Assembly (NCBI GenBank): GCA_963815115.1
Contig: CAWFFN010000009.1
Span: forward strand, 256,001-320,000
DNA length: 64,000 bases
Direction of reading: 5' to 3'
DNA from: an uncultured delta proteobacterium
GTDB taxonomy: Bacteria; Desulfobacterota; Binatia; DP-6
Position numbers and translations under genes: made by a program
Shown: piece by piece, positions 10,033 to 18,826 of the stretch
Layout: every line of letters starts with the position of its first letter
How positions within the stretch are numbered: position 1 is the stretch's first letter
Notes under the pieces: model-generated
Database searches by the model: none
Told to the model about the DNA's origin: nothing
The model's input: only the letters and a program-made list of their open reading frames with translations

Positions 10033-10808
10033 CCGCGGAGGGTGAGGCGCGGCCGCGCGAGCGCGACCTGGGCACCGTGGTGGGCGGCGTCACGCTGCCG
10101 TTCAGTGCCATGAATGCGGCCGGGTCGGTCACCGCGATGAACGACGTGCGCGCGCTGGCGCAGTCCCGTTCCGGCGCCGTCGTGCTGCACACGGCCACGG
10201 TGCACCCCTTCGTCCATCGCGAGTTCCGCTCGTTGCAGAACCCCGGCTTCGACAAGCTCGCCCCGCTCGCGCGCGAGCTGGCGGCGAGCGGTTCCCCGCC
10301 GGTGGTGGCGAGCATCGCCGGGAGCTCGATCGAGGAGTTCGTCTTCCTCGCGCGCGCCTTCGCCGGCGCCGGTGTGGCGGCCGTGGAGCTGAACCTGGGC
10401 GAGCCGTGGGTCGAGGCTACGCTCGCGCCGTGCGAGCGCGGCGGCGCGCTCGAGGAGCTCGCGACACGGACGCGGGAGGCGAGCGTGGCGCCGGTCTGGA
10501 TCCGCCTTCCGGAGCGCTGCGCGCTGCCGTATCGTGACACGGTGGCGGCGCTCGTCGCCGGTGGCGTGCGCGCGGTCGTCGTGCGCAACGAGTTCACCGG
10601 ATTCGAGAAGCTGCTGCTCGAGGCCGGCGTGCCGCTCGACGTGATCGCGCTCGGCAACATCAATTCCGGCTACGATGTCTCGCGCGCCCTCGCGAAGGGC
10701 GCGAAGGCGGTGCAGGTGGGGCCCGTGCTGGGTCCCGGCGGGGTCGGTATCTTCGGGCGCCTCGAGCGCGAGATGCGGATCGCGCGCCGCGAGCGCCCCG
10801 GAGGGTGA
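10029..10808 (+). CDS. Dihydroorotate dehydrogenase-like protein with degenerate active site
   Basis: MNAAG, ASIAG, ELNL and GAKAVQVG match class 1 DHOD, but the SCPN loop reads GEPW; GTGA overlap with the JAB gene. Confidence 0.65.
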   Translation: MTAEGEARPRERDLGTVVGGVTLPFSAMNAAGSVTAMNDVRALAQSRSGAVVLHTATVHPFVHREFRSLQNPGFDKLAPLARELAASGSPPVVASIAGSSIEEFVFLARAFAGAGVAAVELNLGEPWVEATLAPCERGGALEELATRTREASVAPVWIRLPERCALPYRDTVAALVAGGVRAVVVRNEFTGFEKLLLEAGVPLDVIALGNINSGYDVSRALAKGAKAVQVGPVLGPGGVGIFGRLEREMRIARRERPGG

Positions 10809-10814
10809 GAGCGC

Positions 10815-11726
10815 ATGCTGAGCAACTCCGACCTGCTGATGCCGTTCCGGATCAGCGACGGATCGAAGTTCCGTCTCGAGCGCGTCGACCCGGGAGACAC
10901 CTGCGGGCTCCGGTCGGAATTCAAGGACGAGGCGCCCGCGCTGCTGGCGCGAGGCATCGAGCGATTGAGCGAGCTGCAGGAGCGGCTCTACGCCCAGGAC
11001 CGCTGGGCGGTCCTGCTGATCTTCCAGGCCATGGACGCGGCCGGCAAGGACAGCACGATCAAGCACGTGATGTCCGGGGTCAATCCGCAGGGCGTCGATG
11101 TGTGGTCCTTCAAGCAGCCGTCCGCGGAAGAGCTCGACCACGACTTTCTGTGGCGCTGTCTCCGCCGCCTGCCCGAGCGCGGCCACATCGGCATCTTCAA
11201 TCGCTCGTACTACGAGGAGGTCCTCGTGGTACGCGTCCACCCCGACATCCTGGCCGCCCAGAAGCTCCCGCCGGAGCTGATGACGAAGGACATCTGGGCC
11301 CAGCGATTCCAGGACATCCGTGCCACCGAGCGCTACCTCGCTCGCAACGGCACCGTCATCCGCAAGTTCTTCCTGCACGTCTCGAAGAAGGAGCAGCGCA
11401 AGCGGTTCCTCGAGCGCATCGACGAGTCGAGCAAGAACTGGAAGTTCTCTCTGGGCGACGTACACGAGCGCCAGCACTGGAAGGACTACATGCGCGCCTA
11501 CGAGGACGCCATCCGGGAGACGGCGACGAAGGACGCCCCCTGGTTCGTCGTGCCGGCGGATCGGAAATGGTTCACGCGCATCGTGGTTGCAGCCGCGGTG
11601 GTCGAGGCGCTCGAGGAGCTCGCCCTGCACTTCCCGAAGGTGACCACGAAGCAGCGTGCCGAGCTGCGGGCGGCGCGGCGGCTGCTCGAGAAGGCGAAGG
11701 GAAGCGCCAAGGCCTATGCGCGTTGA
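10815..11726 (+). CDS. ppk2: Polyphosphate kinase 2 family protein
   Basis: QAMDAAGKDSTIKH, FNRSYYEEVL and APWFVVPAD motifs. Confidence 0.95.
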   Translation: MLSNSDLLMPFRISDGSKFRLERVDPGDTCGLRSEFKDEAPALLARGIERLSELQERLYAQDRWAVLLIFQAMDAAGKDSTIKHVMSGVNPQGVDVWSFKQPSAEELDHDFLWRCLRRLPERGHIGIFNRSYYEEVLVVRVHPDILAAQKLPPELMTKDIWAQRFQDIRATERYLARNGTVIRKFFLHVSKKEQRKRFLERIDESSKNWKFSLGDVHERQHWKDYMRAYEDAIRETATKDAPWFVVPADRKWFTRIVVAAAVVEALEELALHFPKVTTKQRAELRAARRLLEKAKGSAKAYAR

Positions 11727-11752
11727 CACTCCCCGCGCGTTGGCGATAGCGT
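11723..11752 (+). promoter_or_regulatory. sigma70-type promoter upstream of the fluoride riboswitch
   Basis: TTGACA (11723) - 18 nt - TAGCGT (11747), placing the start just before the aptamer. Confidence 0.6.
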
Positions 11753-11765
11753 AGCGTCGTAGTCC

Positions 11766-11814
11766 GGCGATGGGGTTCGCCGTATGACCGCCCAGAAGGG
11801 CTGATGACTCCTAC
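11766..11814 (+). ncRNA. Fluoride riboswitch (crcB motif)
   Basis: GGCGATGGGGTTCGCC...ACCGCCCAGAAGGGCTGATGACTCCTAC matches the crcB aptamer (GGCGAUGGNGUUCGCC...CGC-stem-GCURAUGACNCCUAC); competing hairpin CTACCATG/CATGGTAG at 11811-11835. Confidence 0.9.
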
Positions 11815-11980
11815 CATGAGCGTACCCCATGGTAGCGATCGTTCGTCGGCTCGACCCCGGAGTGACTCGAGACGCCTCTGGCAGTCTCGCGGTCCTCGCT
11901 GAAGTCGCGGCACGGTCTCCTCCCGGAGATCCTGAGATCGGCATCCGCGCCGGACGAGAACAAGCACCATGGAGGATCAC

Positions 11981-12088
11981 ATGAAAATCATCGGTCGCGG
12001 CGCCCGGAGCCGCGTCCACACCGGCGGCCTCGCGACGCTCGAGGCGGCGGAGATCGTCAAGTACACGCACGGCGGCGAGGGCTCGTGA
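11981..12088 (+). CDS. 35-aa small ORF or gene remnant downstream of the riboswitch
   Basis: GGAGG SD at 11971; MKIIGRGARSRVHTGGLATLEAAEIVKYTHGGEGS; GTGA overlap with the next ORF. Confidence 0.4.
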   Translation: MKIIGRGARSRVHTGGLATLEAAEIVKYTHGGEGS

Positions 12089-12537
12089 GGACGGCTCCCC
12101 GTCGTGCAGTCTTCTTCGACGTCGAGAACGGGAGCCGGTGCGAGCAGATCTCGTCCCTCCTTCGTGCCCTCGCCCTCCCCGACGGCGGGAACACGCAGGT
12201 CTTCGCCATGGGAAACTGGCGAGTGATCGGTCTCGAGACCGCGCGCCTGCTCACGCACGCGGGCGCCACGCTCATCCACACCGCCCCGAAGGGAGGGGTG
12301 AAGGACTGGAGCGACCTGCGCATCGCGGTCGAGGCGGGGCGCTGGCTGGGACAGGCCCGTGCCGACGACGTGCTGGAGATCGTCAGCGACGATCAGGCGT
12401 TCGACGCGGTGGGGGACGCGGCGGCGACGAGCGGCATCGCCTTCCGTCGCATCTCGGCGCGGCGGCGTATCGCGGCTACGAGCGCAACGCGAAGCGCTCG
12501 CCGACCAGGTTCTCCGAATCGAGCGCGTACGGCTTGA
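12085..12537 (+). CDS. NYN (LabA/DUF88, PIN-fold) domain protein
   Basis: FFDVEN, KDWSDLRIAVE and IVSDDQAF acidic motifs. Confidence 0.75.
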   Translation: MRTAPRRAVFFDVENGSRCEQISSLLRALALPDGGNTQVFAMGNWRVIGLETARLLTHAGATLIHTAPKGGVKDWSDLRIAVEAGRWLGQARADDVLEIVSDDQAFDAVGDAAATSGIAFRRISARRRIAATSATRSARRPGSPNRARTA

Positions 12538-12620
12538 CGCCGGGGGGTCGGGTTCGTCGCTCGCTGCGGCGCCCTGGCAATCCCGAGACGGAGGTCGCCG
12601 CGTCACGCATGGTCCCGGAC

Positions 12621-14384
12621 CTATCCCAGCCGCGCGAGCAGCGCCTGGCGCTGCCGTTCCAGCTCGGGCGGGACGCGATCGCCGAACTTGGCGAAGAACT
12701 CGCCAAGGGCGACGACCTCCTGCCGCCAGTCCGCCGGATCCACCGAGAGCAGCTCCCGCATGGTCTCGGCCGACACGGACAGCCCTGCGGTGTCGAGGGC
12801 TCCCGGCGCCGGCAGGTGTCCGATGGGTGACTCGACCGCCTCGCCTCGTCCCTGGCAGCGCTCCACGACCCACCTGAGCACCCGCAGGTTCTCGCCGAAG
12901 CCCGGCCACAGGAACTTGCCGTCGGGACCCTGGCGGAACCAGTTGACGTGGAAGATGCGCGGCGGCTGACGCAGCTTCGTCCCGACCCGCAGCCAGTGCG
13001 ACCAGTAGTCGGCCATGTTGTAGCCGCAGAAGGGCAGCATCGCCATCGGATCGCGGCGCACCACACCGACGGCACCGCTCTGCGCCGCGGTCGTCTCGGA
13101 GGCCACCGACGTCGCCACGAAGACGCCGTGCGCCCAGTCGCTGGCCTCGAACACCAGCGGCGCCACGCGCGCCCGGCGTCCGCCGAACAGGAACGCGCTG
13201 ATCGGCACGCCCTGCGCGTCCTGCCAGTGCGGCGAGATCGACGGGCACTGGCGCGCGGGCGCGGTGAAGCGCGAGTTGGGGTGCGCCGCTTTCTCGGTGC
13301 TGCCCCGCGTCCATTCCTTGCCGCGCCAGTCGGTCAGCGTCGCCGGGACCTCGCCGTCGATTCCCTCCCACCACGGACAGCCATCCGGTGTCACCGCGAC
13401 GTTCGTGAAGATGGAGTGCGCCCGCAGCGTGGCCATCGCGTTCGGGTTGGTCCTCGACGACGTCCCGGGGGCGACGCCGAAGAAGCCCGCCTCGGGATTG
13501 ATCGCCCACAGCCGGCCGTCCGGCCCGGGGTGCATCCAGGCGATGTCGTCGCCGACCGTCCACACCTTCCAGCCCGGCTGCGACGGCGGCGGAACCAGCA
13601 TGGCGAGGTTGGTCTTGCCGCACGCCGAGGGAAACGCCGCCGCCACGTAGGTGGTCTCGCCCTGCGGGCTCTCCAGCCCGAGGATCAGCATGTGCTCGGC
13701 GAGCCAGCCTTCCTCGCGCGCCTGCGCCGAGGCGATGCGCAGCGCGAAGCACTTCTTGCCGAGGAGCGCGTTGCCGCCGTAGCCCGATCCCACGCTCCAG
13801 ATCAGCTTCTCCTCGGGGAAGTGCATGATGAAGCGGCGCTCCGGGGAGAGGTCGCCGAGCGAGTGCAGTCCCTTGACGAACGTACCCGTCGGGCCGAGCT
13901 GCTCCAGCGCCGCGGCGCCCATCCGGGTCATGATCCGCATGTTGGCGACCACGTAAGGGCTGTCGGTCAGCTCGACGCCGACCTTGGAGAGCGGTGAGCC
14001 GAGCGGCCCCATGACGTACGGGATGACGTACATGGTGCGGCCGCGCATCGCTCCCTCGAAGAGCGCTCCCACCTTCCGCTTCGCCTCGGCCGGGTCCATC
14101 CAGTTGTTGGTCGGTCCCGCGTCGTCCTTCGCCGACGTGCAGATGAACGTGAGATGCTCGGTGCGGGCGACGTCGGAAGGGTCGGAGCGGTGCAGGAAGC
14201 AGTCGGGGTAACGGTGCCCGTTCAACCGGAGGAGCGTGCCCTCCGTGAGCATCTCCTCGAGCAGGCGGGCGTGCTCCGCGTCCGATCCGTCGACCCAGTG
14301 GATCCGGGCGGGCTGGCAGAGACGGGCGGACTCCTCGACCCAGGCATTCAGGGCGGCATGGGCGGTGGGTGGTGACGTGCTCAT
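12621..14384 (-). CDS. pckG: Phosphoenolpyruvate carboxykinase (GTP)
   Basis: [31 protein letters not shown] and [11 protein letters not shown] motifs. Confidence 0.97.
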   Translation of the reverse strand: MSTSPPTAHAALNAWVEESARLCQPARIHWVDGSDAEHARLLEEMLTEGTLLRLNGHRYPDCFLHRSDPSDVARTEHLTFICTSAKDDAGPTNNWMDPAEAKRKVGALFEGAMRGRTMYVIPYVMGPLGSPLSKVGVELTDSPYVVANMRIMTRMGAAALEQLGPTGTFVKGLHSLGDLSPERRFIMHFPEEKLIWSVGSGYGGNALLGKKCFALRIASAQAREEGWLAEHMLILGLESPQGETTYVAAAFPSACGKTNLAMLVPPPSQPGWKVWTVGDDIAWMHPGPDGRLWAINPEAGFFGVAPGTSSRTNPNAMATLRAHSIFTNVAVTPDGCPWWEGIDGEVPATLTDWRGKEWTRGSTEKAAHPNSRFTAPARQCPSISPHWQDAQGVPISAFLFGGRRARVAPLVFEASDWAHGVFVATSVASETTAAQSGAVGVVRRDPMAMLPFCGYNMADYWSHWLRVGTKLRQPPRIFHVNWFRQGPDGKFLWPGFGENLRVLRWVVERCQGRGEAVESPIGHLPAPGALDTAGLSVSAETMRELLSVDPADWRQEVVALGEFFAKFGDRVPPELERQRQALLARLG

Positions 14385-14482
14385 GGGGGGCGGAAATGTA
14401 CCTGCTGGCACCCGGGCGGGGCAACCGTCGGCCAGGGCGGCGGCGTCCGCGCGGCGCCCCGACCTCGGCCGGCCTCCCGCCG

Positions 14483-14902
14483 TCACATCGGCGGAGCTAC
14501 CGTCGCCTCCTGGGGCTCGCCGCCGTCCAGGTATGCTCCCGCGAGCAGGAGGCTCCCGACCGTGAGCTCGAGGAGGGCTCCGAGCCAGTTGAAGATGCCC
14601 GGGCTTCCGTCGATGGACACGCCCACCATCCGGCCGCCGAAGAGTCCCAGCCAGAGGAAGGCGATGAGGACGAGCTCGCTGCGGTGGGCGCGGGGCGCAG
14701 TCGCGAACCAGAGGGTGAAGGCCCCCAGCACGGTGAAGGCGCCTCCGTAGACGGCTCGTGCCTCGATGGCGCCCTGATGGGTCGTGGGGGCGTACTCCGC
14801 GAAGCCCACCCACTGCATGACCGTCAACGGCATGGCGAGCCCGGCCACGCCGAAGATCAGGGTGAGCAATCCGATGGTGGCGACGACGACCCGCGCATTC
14901 AT
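14483..14902 (-). CDS. DUF4345-like four-TM membrane protein
   Basis: Four hydrophobic helices, EARAVYGG motif; ATGA overlap with miaB. Confidence 0.7.
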   Translation of the reverse strand: MNARVVVATIGLLTLIFGVAGLAMPLTVMQWVGFAEYAPTTHQGAIEARAVYGGAFTVLGAFTLWFATAPRAHRSELVLIAFLWLGLFGGRMVGVSIDGSPGIFNWLGALLELTVGSLLLAGAYLDGGEPQEATVAPPM

Positions 14903-16215
14903 GCAACCTCCCGCGCCGCGGCTCTCCCGCTGAGCGTGTGAGACGTTGCCGCCTCCACACGCACCGTCACCAGCTCCCCGGGAGCCGCTGGCCCCGGGAA
15001 CACGACGGTCGTCAGCTGCGGCGTCTTTCCGCTCATCCACCCGTCCGGGCGCCGGGCGGCCCCTTCGACCAGGACCTCCACCTCGGCGCCCACCCACCCG
15101 CGATTGCGTTCCGCAGCGATCGCCTCCTGCAGGGTGATCAGGCGCTCGAGGCGGCGCTGCTTCTCGCTCTCCGGCACGTCGTCCTCCCACCGCGCCGCGC
15201 GCGTTCCCTCACGCGCGGAGTAGCGGAAGAGGAAGGCGGAGTCGTAGCCGATCCGGCGCAGCAAGGCCTCCGTGGCCGCGAAATCGTCCTCGTCCTCTCC
15301 GGGAAACCCGACGATGACGTCGGTGGAGAGTGCGATGCCGGGCACGCGCTCACGCAGCCGCCCCACGAGCGCCTCGTAGTCGGCGACGGTGTAGTCACGC
15401 GCCATGCGGGCGAGGACGCGATCGGAGCCGCACTGCACGGGCAGGTGGAGCTGCGGCGCGACCGTGGGGCACTCGGCCATCGCGTCGATCACGGCCGCGC
15501 TCATCTCCGCGGGGTGCGGCGACGTGAAGCGGATGCGCAGGATGCCCTCGACCGCCGAGGCCTCGCGCAGGAGCCGGGCGAAGTCCCAGCCGTCGTGACG
15601 GTACGCGTTCACGGTCTGGCCGAGGAATACGACCTCGCGCACGCCTGCCCGCGCCAGGTTGCGCACCTGCTCGATCAACATCGGACCCGGCAGGCTGCGC
15701 TCCCGGCCGCGCACGAAGGGCACGATGCAGAACGTGCAGAAGCGATCGCACCCGCGCATCACCGTGACCCAGGCGCGAACGCCGGGCGCGCGTGCCACGG
15801 GAAGGTCGGCGTAGGTCTCGTCGCCGCCGAGCCGCAGCCCGACCTGCGGATCGAGCGGCTCGACGTCGCCGGCAGCGAGCAGCGCGGGCAGGTGGCGATA
15901 GCCGTCGGGTCCGACCAGCAGGTCGACGTGCGGGACACGGGCGCGCAGCGTCTGGCGCAGGTGCTGTGCCATGCATCCCGTCACGCCGAGCCGGACCTCC
16001 GGGCGTGCCGCCTTGTGGCGGGCGAGATCGCCCAGTCGGCCGAGGACGCGGGCCTCGGCGTGCTCGCGGATCGCACACGTGTTGAGCAGGATCGCGTCCG
16101 CGGCCTCCGGACGCTCGACGCGGGCCCAGCCGTGCTGGCCGAGGTGGCCGAGGATCAGCTCGGTATCGGCCACGTTCATCTGGCAGCCGTAGGTTTCGAT
16201 GTAAACGGTCGGCAC
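14899..16215 (-). CDS. miaB: tRNA-2-methylthio-N6-dimethylallyladenosine synthase
   Basis: [22 protein letters not shown] radical-SAM motif, RFTSPHP and TRAM domain. Confidence 0.93.
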   Translation of the reverse strand: MPTVYIETYGCQMNVADTELILGHLGQHGWARVERPEAADAILLNTCAIREHAEARVLGRLGDLARHKAARPEVRLGVTGCMAQHLRQTLRARVPHVDLLVGPDGYRHLPALLAAGDVEPLDPQVGLRLGGDETYADLPVARAPGVRAWVTVMRGCDRFCTFCIVPFVRGRERSLPGPMLIEQVRNLARAGVREVVFLGQTVNAYRHDGWDFARLLREASAVEGILRIRFTSPHPAEMSAAVIDAMAECPTVAPQLHLPVQCGSDRVLARMARDYTVADYEALVGRLRERVPGIALSTDVIVGFPGEDEDDFAATEALLRRIGYDSAFLFRYSAREGTRAARWEDDVPESEKQRRLERLITLQEAIAAERNRGWVGAEVEVLVEGAARRPDGWMSGKTPQLTTVVFPGPAAPGELVTVRVEAATSHTLSGRAAAREVA

Positions 16216-16271
16216 GAGCGCCGTTTTCTTAGACCGCGACCCGGACACCTGCAACCGCGCTCCGTTCGCCG

Positions 16272-17273
16272 TCAGGGGCGGGTGTGCCCGGCGGTCTCGT
16301 CGCCGCGGGCTCGCAGCAGGTCGCGCACCGACACGCCCGCCAGCGGCAGCGCCGCGAGACCTTGCGCCACGATGGTGGAGAGCTGGAGCGCGTTGAGCAC
16401 GAGTCCGTAGGCCAGGGCCTTCGGCTGGGAGACGCCGAAGAGGGCCAGCGCCAGGATGCAGGCATACTGATAGGTGCCGATCATGCCGGGTGCCTGCGGG
16501 AGCGCGGTTCCGAAGCCGATGAAGATGAAGACGACGAGCGCGGCGTTGAAGGGCACCTCGAGGTGAAACGCGCGGGTCATGATCCAGCTGGAGAGAATCG
16601 GCAGGAACCAGAGCACCACGGACACGACGAAGATCGCCAGCACGAGTCGCGCGTCGCCGAGCACGCGCATGCCGTCGACCAGGGCGCGCGCGACGCGTAG
16701 CACCGGCGCGCCGAACCGCTTCGGCAGCCAGCGTACCGCCCAGCGATCGACGAAGCGCTCCCCGCGCCACCACAGCAGTACGACGAGGACCGCGAGCGCG
16801 ACGAAGAAGACGGCCGGGACGACCGCGCCGCGCCGCACCCAGGTCGGCAGGTCCGGCGTCGTGAGCAGCCCGAGGAGGATGTAGAACACGATCACCGCCG
16901 AGTCGAAGGTCTTCTCGACGATGAGGTTGCCGACCACGGTCGAGAAGCCGAGGGTCGAGCGGCGCGACAGCAGCCACGGGCGCACGACCTCGCCCAGCCG
17001 CACGGGAAGCAGATTGATCGCCATGTACGCCACGCTGGTCACCACCCAGAGGCGCCCGAACGGGACGTGCGCCAGCGGGCGCAGCAGGAGCTGCCAGCGC
17101 CAGGCGCGGAACACCTGCAGGAGCAGGCTCAGGGCGACCGCCGGTACGAACCAGCGGGCATCGAGCTGCCGGAAGGCGTCGCGCAGCTCGTCCAGTGGAA
17201 CGTGCCGGAAGGCGAGGAAGAGGAAGACCCCGCCCACCACCAGGCTCGAGAGCACCCTGCCGGTCCGACCCAC
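16272..17273 (-). CDS. Lysylphosphatidylglycerol synthase TM / UPF0104 membrane protein
   Basis: RAWRW, NLLPVRLGEVVR and PGMIGTY motifs; multiple TM helices. Confidence 0.85.
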   Translation of the reverse strand: MGRTGRVLSSLVVGGVFLFLAFRHVPLDELRDAFRQLDARWFVPAVALSLLLQVFRAWRWQLLLRPLAHVPFGRLWVVTSVAYMAINLLPVRLGEVVRPWLLSRRSTLGFSTVVGNLIVEKTFDSAVIVFYILLGLLTTPDLPTWVRRGAVVPAVFFVALAVLVVLLWWRGERFVDRWAVRWLPKRFGAPVLRVARALVDGMRVLGDARLVLAIFVVSVVLWFLPILSSWIMTRAFHLEVPFNAALVVFIFIGFGTALPQAPGMIGTYQYACILALALFGVSQPKALAYGLVLNALQLSTIVAQGLAALPLAGVSVRDLLRARGDETAGHTRP

Positions 17274-17363
17274 TCGCTGTGTAGCGTCCTAGCACGGCGG
17301 CGACCGGCGCTGCCAGGTGCTCACGGATTGCCGCGCCTCCTCGCCCCGGGTAGATCCCCGCGC

Positions 17364-17576
17364 ATGGGCGGTCCCCCGCGCCGGATGGAGCCCCAGGAGG
17401 CCTTTGCGTCGCTCGAGGCGAGCCTTCTCTTCTGTCCGCACTGCCGCCAGGCGATGCCGGTCCGCAAGCGGCTCCTGCTGGTGCTCCTCGACGGCGAGAA
17501 GCACGAGTACGTCTGCCAGCAGTGCGGCACGCCGTGCGCCTCGAAGGTCGAGCCGGCGCCACGGCGGGGCCGGTGA
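17364..17576 (+). CDS. Small zinc-ribbon protein
   Basis: CPHC...CQQC pairs; GTGA overlap with moaB; promoter geometry supports ATG 17364. Confidence 0.7.
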   Translation: MGGPPRRMEPQEAFASLEASLLFCPHCRQAMPVRKRLLLVLLDGEKHEYVCQQCGTPCASKVEPAPRRGR

Positions 17577-18079
17577 CGGTGGCCTCCGAGGCGCATCACG
17601 CCCGGGACCGCCGCGCGGTGTCGTGCGCGATCCTGACGGTGAGCGACACCCGCACGCCCGACACCGACACCAGCGGCGGCCGCATCCGCGCCCTGCTCGA
17701 GGCCGCGGGCCACGAGGTGACCGCCTACTCGATTCTCCCCGACGAGCCCGACCTGGTGCGGGCGCGTCTCGTCGAGCTGATCGCGGGGGGTGTCGAGGCG
17801 GTGATCGTCAACGGCGGGACGGGCCTCGCGCCGCGCGACACCACCTACGAGGCCGTCGTCGGACTCCTCGACAAGCATCTCGACGGGTTCGGCGAGCTCT
17901 TCCGCGCGCTGTCGTACGCCGAGATCGGCCCCGCGGCGATGCTGTCGCGGGCGATCGCAGGCATTGCCAGCCGCACCGTGATCGCGTCGCTTCCGGGCTC
18001 GAGCGCGGCCGTCGAGCTCGCCATGAGCAAGCTGCTGGTGCCCGAGCTCGGGCACATGGTGCACCTGGTTCGGGGCTGA
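17573..18079 (+). CDS. moaB: MoaB/MogA molybdenum cofactor biosynthesis protein
   Basis: LTVSDTR, NGGTGLAPRDTT, AMLSRA and LPGS motifs. Confidence 0.9.
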   Translation: MTVASEAHHARDRRAVSCAILTVSDTRTPDTDTSGGRIRALLEAAGHEVTAYSILPDEPDLVRARLVELIAGGVEAVIVNGGTGLAPRDTTYEAVVGLLDKHLDGFGELFRALSYAEIGPAAMLSRAIAGIASRTVIASLPGSSAAVELAMSKLLVPELGHMVHLVRG

Positions 18080-18081
18080 GC

Positions 18082-18321
18082 ATGCGAGTCCAGCTCAGGT
18101 TCTTCGCCGCGCTGCGCGAGCGTCTCGGAACGGGCGAGGAGCGCGCGCTGCGCACGGGGACGACGGTCGGCGCCCTGTGGGAGTCGATCGTCCGCGAGCA
18201 GCCGGCGATCGAGCGGCTGCACGTCCGCTTCGCCGTCAACGAGCGCTACGTGGAGCCCACCCACGAGCTGGCCGAGGGTGACGAGGTGGCCTTCTTCCCG
18301 CCCGTGAGCGGCGGTGGCTGA
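18082..18321 (+). CDS. moaD: Molybdopterin synthase sulfur carrier subunit
   Basis: FFAALRE, AVNERY and GDEVAFFPPVSGG(G) motifs. Confidence 0.92.
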   Translation: MRVQLRFFAALRERLGTGEERALRTGTTVGALWESIVREQPAIERLHVRFAVNERYVEPTHELAEGDEVAFFPPVSGGG

Positions 18322-18778
18322 GATCTTCGAGATCGGCGCGGGGGTGATCGACGTCGCGCGCCTGCTCGCCGCGGTCGCCGATCCGGCGACCGGTGCCACC
18401 GTGCTCTTCCTCGGTACCACCCGCAATCAGAATGCCGGGCGCCGGGTGACCCGGCTCGAGTACGAGGCCTACGGGCGGATGGCGCGGCGCGAGATGCGCG
18501 AGCTCGCTCGCGAGGCACGCCGGCGCTGGCCCATCCGCCGTGTCGCGATGGTGCATCGCATCGGCGTCGTGCCGGTGCGCGAGGCGAGCGTCGCGATCGC
18601 CGTCAGCGCCGGGCACCGCGCCGAGGCGTTCACCGCGTGTCACTGGCTGATCGATCGACTGAAGGAGATCGTGCCGATCTGGAAGAAGGAGCATTTTCGC
18701 GGTGGTACCGTCTGGATCGGGCCCCAGCAGGGAAGCCCCGAGCCCTCGCGTCGCCGGCGCGCGCAAGGGGGTCGCTGA
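18314..18778 (+). CDS. moaE: Molybdopterin synthase catalytic subunit
   Basis: LEYEAY, HRIG, HRAEAF and PIWKKE motifs. Confidence 0.93.
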   Translation: MAEIFEIGAGVIDVARLLAAVADPATGATVLFLGTTRNQNAGRRVTRLEYEAYGRMARREMRELAREARRRWPIRRVAMVHRIGVVPVREASVAIAVSAGHRAEAFTACHWLIDRLKEIVPIWKKEHFRGGTVWIGPQQGSPEPSRRRRAQGGR

Positions 18779-18826
18779 GGTTTGCGTTTCCCCGGACCGT
18801 TCGCCATGGTACGCGAGAAGGCTTCC

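Noticed and set aside
11981-12088. Resemblance of MKIIGR to the enolase N-terminus, attractive given the fluoride riboswitch
   Set aside because: Only about five residues match and the invariant DSRGNPT motif is absent; the ORF is left unassigned
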